Shown here: positions 59,050 through 64,000 of the stretch, piece by piece
Position numbering within the stretch: the first letter of the stretch is position 1
Layout of the letters: each line of letters opens with the position of its first letter
From: Candidatus Zixiibacteriota bacterium
GTDB taxonomy: Bacteria > Zixibacteria > MSB-5A5 > GN15 > JAAZOE01
Direction of reading: 5' to 3'
NCBI GenBank assembly: GCA_043819555.1
Contig: JBDREQ010000064.1
Coordinates: forward strand, 1 to 64,000
Length of the DNA: 64,000 bases
The notes under the pieces: model-generated
What the model saw: only the letters and a program-made list of their open reading frames with translations
Told to the model about the DNA's origin: nothing
Databases searched by the model: none
Program-made: the position numbers and the translations under genes

Positions 59050-60597
59050 CTACTCCCACTCAATTGTTGCTGGGGGTTTGGATGAGATATCATAACAGAT
59101 GCGGTTGACACCTTTGACTTCGTTGATAATACGATTTGAAACACGAGCCAGAATATCATTGGGGATATGCGCCCAGTCAGCAGTCATTCCGTCGGTTGAA
59201 GTCACCGCTCGAAGCGCTATTGTATTCTCATATGTCCGTTCATCACCCATAACTCCAACCGATTGCACCGGCAAGAGTACCGCGAACGCCTGCCAGATTT
59301 TATCATACTGACCGGTCGCCTTCAGCTCGGATATATAAATCGCGTCGGCTTCACGAAGCACAGCCAGTCGTTCTTCAGTAATATCGCCGATAATGCGAAC
59401 TGCCAGACCCGGTCCGGGAAACGGATGCCGCCCAATTAGCAGCGGATCAAGTTCGAGCTTTCGGCCCAGCGCCCGCACTTCGTCTTTAAACAGTTCCCGC
59501 AACGGTTCGACGATTTTAAGATTCATCTTTTCGGGAAGACCCCCGACGTTGTGATGCGATTTAATTGTCGCCGACGGGCCTTTGAAACTGACTGACTCGA
59601 TTACATCTGGATAAAGTGTTCCCTGCGCGAGATATTTGGCGTCGCCGTCATTGCGGGCGGCTTCTTCGAATACTTCAATAAACGTCTCCCCGATAATTTT
59701 GCGTTTCTTTTCGGGATCGACAACACCGGACAAACGATCAAGAAATTTCTTTGAGGCATCTACCGGTTTGAGGTTTATCCCCATTGACTTATATGACTGG
59801 ATGACGTCTTCATATTCATTCTTGCGCAAAAGGCCATTATTAACGAAAATTGCTGTCATCTGATCGCCGACCGCTTTTTGCAAAAGCGCCGCTGTGACGG
59901 TTGAATCTACTCCGCCGGATATTCCCAGGATAACCTTGTCGTCGCCGATAGTCTTATGAAGCGATTTGACCGATGATTCAATAAATGATTCGGTTGTCCA
60001 GTCACCGGAAACGCCGCATATGTCGAACAGAAAATTCTTAATTATCTTTGTGCCTTCTTCGGTATGATTGACTTCGGGATGAAACTGAACCCCGTAAAAG
60101 TTTTTCTTCTCGTTGGCAACGGCCGCATAAGGAATATCCGGTGTTGACGCCAGAATCTGAAACCCATCAGGCATTTTCGTCAGAGAATCGCCATGGCTCA
60201 TCCATCCCTGGCTGGGTGAGTTCACATCTTTCAAAAACGGGCTGCCGTTTTTGATATCAATCATCGCCCGGCCATATTCTCGCTTTTCGGCCCGCGATAA
60301 TTCGCCGCCCAGACGATAAGCCATGAGATGCAGTCCATAACAAATGCCAAGAATGGGAAGGTCACAATCAAAAAATGAAGCAGGCAATCGGGGCGCATCG
60401 TCATCAAGTACCGAAGCCGGTCCCCCGGAAAGGATATAACCCTTCAGATTTGCATTTCCGTATTTTGATAAATCGGCATTAAACGGCACGATTTCACAAT
60501 AGACGTTTTGCTCGCGCACGCGGCGGGCGATTAGTTGCGTATATTGGGAGCCAAAATCTAAAATCAGTATTAGTTCATGCTGTCGATCCATCGACAT
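59050..60597 (-). CDS. guaA: GMP synthase (glutamine-hydrolysing)
   Basis: '[14 protein letters not shown]', 'GICYG', 'SGGVDS', '[11 protein letters not shown]', 'HPFPGPGL', 'KPPATIEWE'. Confidence 0.98.
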   Translation of the reverse strand: MSMDRQHELILILDFGSQYTQLIARRVREQNVYCEIVPFNADLSKYGNANLKGYILSGGPASVLDDDAPRLPASFFDCDLPILGICYGLHLMAYRLGGELSRAEKREYGRAMIDIKNGSPFLKDVNSPSQGWMSHGDSLTKMPDGFQILASTPDIPYAAVANEKKNFYGVQFHPEVNHTEEGTKIIKNFLFDICGVSGDWTTESFIESSVKSLHKTIGDDKVILGISGGVDSTVTAALLQKAVGDQMTAIFVNNGLLRKNEYEDVIQSYKSMGINLKPVDASKKFLDRLSGVVDPEKKRKIIGETFIEVFEEAARNDGDAKYLAQGTLYPDVIESVSFKGPSATIKSHHNVGGLPEKMNLKIVEPLRELFKDEVRALGRKLELDPLLIGRHPFPGPGLAVRIIGDITEERLAVLREADAIYISELKATGQYDKIWQAFAVLLPVQSVGVMGDERTYENTIALRAVTSTDGMTADWAHIPNDILARVSNRIINEVKGVNRICYDISSKPPATIEWE

Positions 60598-62186
60598 GTT
60601 CCCTTTTTGTTAAAAATCGTATCCTTCTTCCAATTGGTATCATCGGTATCGGGAAAATCTGCCATATAATGCAAACCTCGAGACTCCTTGCGCGCACTCG
60701 CTCCTTCGATTATCAGACAGGCATTGAGAGCCATGTTTCTAAGTTCAATACTTGGGTATGATAATGCATGCGACTGAAAGTAACGGCTCACGCTGGTTCT
60801 GATAAGAGCCATATGTTCGGCGGCTTCTTCGAGAAGATATGAACTGCGCACAATCCCGACACAATCCCACATTATTCGTTTTAGCTCACGGCGGTTGTGC
60901 ATCAAAATGACTCGTTCACGGGTCGCTTTCGGCCGATCAGGATGGGGGAAAACCAATTTAGGCGGTTCTGGAATTTTTGATGTTCTAAATACTTTTACTG
61001 CCTGATTTGCTGCCATTTCGGCCGTTGCGACGGCTTCCAATAGTGAATTAGATGCCAGACGATTGGCGCCGTGCATTCCGGTGCAGGCTGTTTCGCCGCA
61101 TACAAATAATCGTTCAATTCCGGTCCGTCCGCAGACATCAGCAACCACCCCGCCGCATAGATAATGAGCCGCCGGGACAACTGGGATTAAATCTCGGGTA
61201 ATATCGATTCCTTCTTCAAGGCAGTTTATATAGATATTAGGAAATCGAGATCTTATATGTCCTGATGAAATGTGTCTTAAATCAAGCCAGACACTATCCT
61301 GCCCTGATAGTTTCAATTCAGTATCAATTGCCCGCGCGACAATATCCCTGGGCGCCAAATCTTTCATGGGATGATATTTTTCCATGAATGGCTTGCCGTC
61401 GCCGGTTCGCAAAACGGCTCCTTCGCCTCGAACCGCTTCGGAAATCAAAAAAGTCCGTTTACCAATGACCGATAGCGTCGTAGGATGAAATTGGATAAAT
61501 TCCATATTGGCCACGTTGGCTCCGGCGCGGAACGCCATGGCGACACCATCTCCGGTAGCGATGCGAGGGTTGGTAGTGTGGCGATAAACCTGCCCGCTCC
61601 CCCCCGTCGCCAGCATTGTAATCGCGGAACGGATGTTTATCCGATCCTGATTGTGGGGATTAAAAACATAAGCCCCGCCGCAAATTGTTTTCCCCTGAGA
61701 TTCGAAGGCTATTAAATCGACGGCTATTTGATTGGAGTACACCGATATATTTTTATGCTCGTGGCAGGCCGCTACTAAAGCCGTTTCTATTTCGCGGCCG
61801 GTCAGATCGTCAGCATGGACGACTCGCTTATGAGAATGTCCCCCTTCGCGCCCCAATGAAAAGCGATCGCCGTTTCGACCTCGGGTGAATCTGACTCCAA
61901 TATCTTTTAACCGCTCAATGCAGGCCGGGCCGGCTTTGATAATCGTTTCCACGACTTCCTTATTACATAACCCCGCCCCGGCTGTTAAAGTATCGGCCAG
62001 ATGCGACTCAAAGCTGTCAGTGGGAGACATGACCGAGGCGATCCCACCCTGGGCGTAGTTGGTATTCGATTCCGTTTCTTCTTTTTTGGTAATAATCGCC
62101 ACGCTGCCATATTCGGCCACCTTCAATGCGAATGACAGCCCTGCGATTCCAGAACCTATGATAAGAAAATCATATTCGTTTTTCAT
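60570..62186 (-). CDS. nadB: L-aspartate oxidase
   Basis: 'GSGIAGL', 'AQGGIA', 'EGGHS..RVVH', 'QFHPT', 'SEAVRGEG', '[13 protein letters not shown]'. Confidence 0.96.
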   Translation of the reverse strand: MKNEYDFLIIGSGIAGLSFALKVAEYGSVAIITKKEETESNTNYAQGGIASVMSPTDSFESHLADTLTAGAGLCNKEVVETIIKAGPACIERLKDIGVRFTRGRNGDRFSLGREGGHSHKRVVHADDLTGREIETALVAACHEHKNISVYSNQIAVDLIAFESQGKTICGGAYVFNPHNQDRINIRSAITMLATGGSGQVYRHTTNPRIATGDGVAMAFRAGANVANMEFIQFHPTTLSVIGKRTFLISEAVRGEGAVLRTGDGKPFMEKYHPMKDLAPRDIVARAIDTELKLSGQDSVWLDLRHISSGHIRSRFPNIYINCLEEGIDITRDLIPVVPAAHYLCGGVVADVCGRTGIERLFVCGETACTGMHGANRLASNSLLEAVATAEMAANQAVKVFRTSKIPEPPKLVFPHPDRPKATRERVILMHNRRELKRIMWDCVGIVRSSYLLEEAAEHMALIRTSVSRYFQSHALSYPSIELRNMALNACLIIEGASARKESRGLHYMADFPDTDDTNWKKDTIFNKKGTCRWIDSMN

Positions 62187-63273
62187 TGTTCACTCGACCC
62201 AGAATTTTGCTTAGAACCTCCTCGTCAAATGGCTCTACTTTAAGAGACAGCGAATAAATTGGCATATCAAGGCCTTCCTGCGGTAATTTAACCATGTCTT
62301 TGGCAGTTGTCAAATAGCAGTCGGCTCCGCAATTATCTGATAAAACTCGCAGATGAGCAAAGTCCGATTTATCATAGTCATAATGGTCGCCAAAGCTATA
62401 CGAACCGGCCAGGTCAATTCCGGACTCTTTCAGCATATCCTGAAGGCGAGAAAATGAACCAATGCCTGCGAATAAAAACGGTTTATGATTTTTCAACCCT
62501 GATACAGGTAATTTTTGATTGCCAAGCATGACCCCGTCCCATGAATATTTCCAAATCATGCAGGGTGCCATTGCATTAAAGTTCCGATATAATTGGCTTG
62601 AATTGTCAATTTCTTCTTTGCCGCTTTGGATAAACATAATCGCATCAGCCCGGGATATTGAATCAAGAGGCTCCCGCAATTTACCAACCGGAAACATCCT
62701 CCAATTTTTCTTTTCATTTTCTGAATCTTTATTAAATACTTCTGCGGGTAATATCGCCAAATCAATATCTTTTTGAATATCAAGCCTCTGATAACCATCA
62801 TCGATTAAGATTATCTCAGGCGATAATTTTTCATCGATTAGCTTAACCATTTTTTTCTTATCCCGGCCGACGGCAAATCCCGCATTCGACAATTGTTGAG
62901 CCATCATGGATACTTCATCGCCAACATCTTTATAATTTAGGCCATTAAACTTCCCTGGTTCAACGACAATGCAATTGTTTGAGGACCGTCCGTAACCGGA
63001 ATGAACTATGGCGACCTTTTTCTCCTGCTCCAGAAAATATCGCGCCAGCCAGATAACAATCGGCGTCTTACCTGTTCCGCCGACGGATATATTCCCGACT
63101 GAAATAACGCGGGCGTTCCATTCACGAGAACAGCGATTTTTGCGGTTTCGCAGATTCATTCTTGAGAATAATTGATATATCGGTGCGATTATCCTGAAGA
63201 GCAGTAAAAACGGAAAACAATAAAATCTGTCGCTGCCCCGGGAATCAACGACGATTTCCCAGAATCGTTTCAT
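62170..63273 (-). CDS. lpxK: Tetraacyldisaccharide 4'-kinase
   Basis: 'ISVGNISVGGTGKTP', 'GYGR', 'GDE', 'DDGYQ', 'P.G.LREP', 'TT.KD.VK'. Confidence 0.93.
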   Translation of the reverse strand: MKRFWEIVVDSRGSDRFYCFPFLLLFRIIAPIYQLFSRMNLRNRKNRCSREWNARVISVGNISVGGTGKTPIVIWLARYFLEQEKKVAIVHSGYGRSSNNCIVVEPGKFNGLNYKDVGDEVSMMAQQLSNAGFAVGRDKKKMVKLIDEKLSPEIILIDDGYQRLDIQKDIDLAILPAEVFNKDSENEKKNWRMFPVGKLREPLDSISRADAIMFIQSGKEEIDNSSQLYRNFNAMAPCMIWKYSWDGVMLGNQKLPVSGLKNHKPFLFAGIGSFSRLQDMLKESGIDLAGSYSFGDHYDYDKSDFAHLRVLSDNCGADCYLTTAKDMVKLPQEGLDMPIYSLSLKVEPFDEEVLSKILGRVNNEKRI

Positions 63274-64000
63274 AGTCCGAATTCCTTGACAATAATTTCA
63301 GCGGTCATATCGGCAACGGATTCATTGTTCGCCGCATACTCCTTGAATTTCAAACTGCCTGAAATGAATTGAATCAATGTCTCAGCCATGGATTTACCAT
63401 TTTCTATCATTGTGCCCCAGTTTTGGGACAGAATCTGCTTCGATGCCTCGCGAACATTATCGAGTGATGGCCCGAATATAACCGGTATGCCGGCCAAAAC
63501 CGGTTCCATTATATTATGACCGCCGATATCCGTTAAAGTTCCTCCGACAAAAGCGATATCCGCACCGCAGAATAAATCAGCCAGGACACCCATGCTATCC
63601 ATGAGGATGATATCTTCGGCAATATGTTTCCCTTCACCCAATTCCGAATATAAGACATATGAATACCCGTATGAGCCAATAATTCCTTTAACTTCGCCAA
63701 TCCTCTCCAAATGCCGTGGTGCAATAAGTAATTTAAAATTACTCGAATGGCGGTTTATTCGTTTCATCGCTTCGCAAATCTGTTCTTCTTCGCCTGAGCG
63801 GGTGGATGCCGCTATAAAAAAGGTAGTCTGATTATCTATTCCCAGTGTCTCCCGAATTGTTTTTTTAGATTTACTTTGTTCATCGTTATTATTGCGGTCA
63901 TGCTTGATATTGCCGCCTACAAGAATTTTATCATGTTTGGCCCCGATAGCTTCCATTCGTGCGGCATCGGTTTTGGTTTGGACAATAAATTTTCGGTAAA
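63270..64000 (-). CDS. waaA: Kdo transferase, C-terminal part (5' end outside window)
   Basis: 'GNIK.D', 'AASTR.GEE', 'APRHLER', 'D.MGVL', 'AFVGGTL..IGGHN.MEP'; frame stays open to the window edge. Confidence 0.93.
   Translation of the reverse strand, partial: YRKFIVQTKTDAARMEAIGAKHDKILVGGNIKHDRNNNDEQSKSKKTIRETLGIDNQTTFFIAASTRSGEEEQICEAMKRINRHSSNFKLLIAPRHLERIGEVKGIIGSYGYSYVLYSELGEGKHIAEDIILMDSMGVLADLFCGADIAFVGGTLTDIGGHNIMEPVLAGIPVIFGPSLDNVREASKQILSQNWGTMIENGKSMAETLIQFISGSLKFKEYAANNESVADMTAEIIVKEFGL

Overview
A 64 kb chromosomal stretch from a diderm, LPS-making bacterium of moderate GC content. FlgD-Ig/'PNPFNP' C-terminal tails, Cys-rich cadherin-like surface repeats and gene style suggest the FCB group, possibly Zixibacteria (inference). 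Most genes are housekeeping or envelope genes: holA, dgt, rnr, mreB, rluB-scpB-scpA-trpS, tol-pal, ppdK, guaA, nadB, lpxK, waaA, and two ECF sigma/anti-sigma stress modules. The standout is an ~10.7 kb, 12-gene operon (42847-53568, minus strand) made of three tandem, diverged but intact copies of a four-gene membrane cassette. Each copy encodes an FN3 + DUF6754-like protein, two polytopic membrane proteins and a doubly anchored periplasmic alpha/beta protein. About 10 kb downstream on the same strand lies a GlmL/MutL-like actin-fold ATPase with no mutase genes in the window, plus a multi-domain partner. Together these may form an uncharacterised ATP-driven membrane complex. Other oddities: a dense patch of mixed REP-like palindromes around a truncated DUF4238-like gene, a frameshifted M28 peptidase, a degenerate RNase H-like gene behind a sigma54-type promoter, a 17-proline Pal linker and a histone-like tail on PPDK. 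No rRNA, tRNA, CRISPR array, integrase or transposase was recognised. All family calls come from motif recognition, not database searches.
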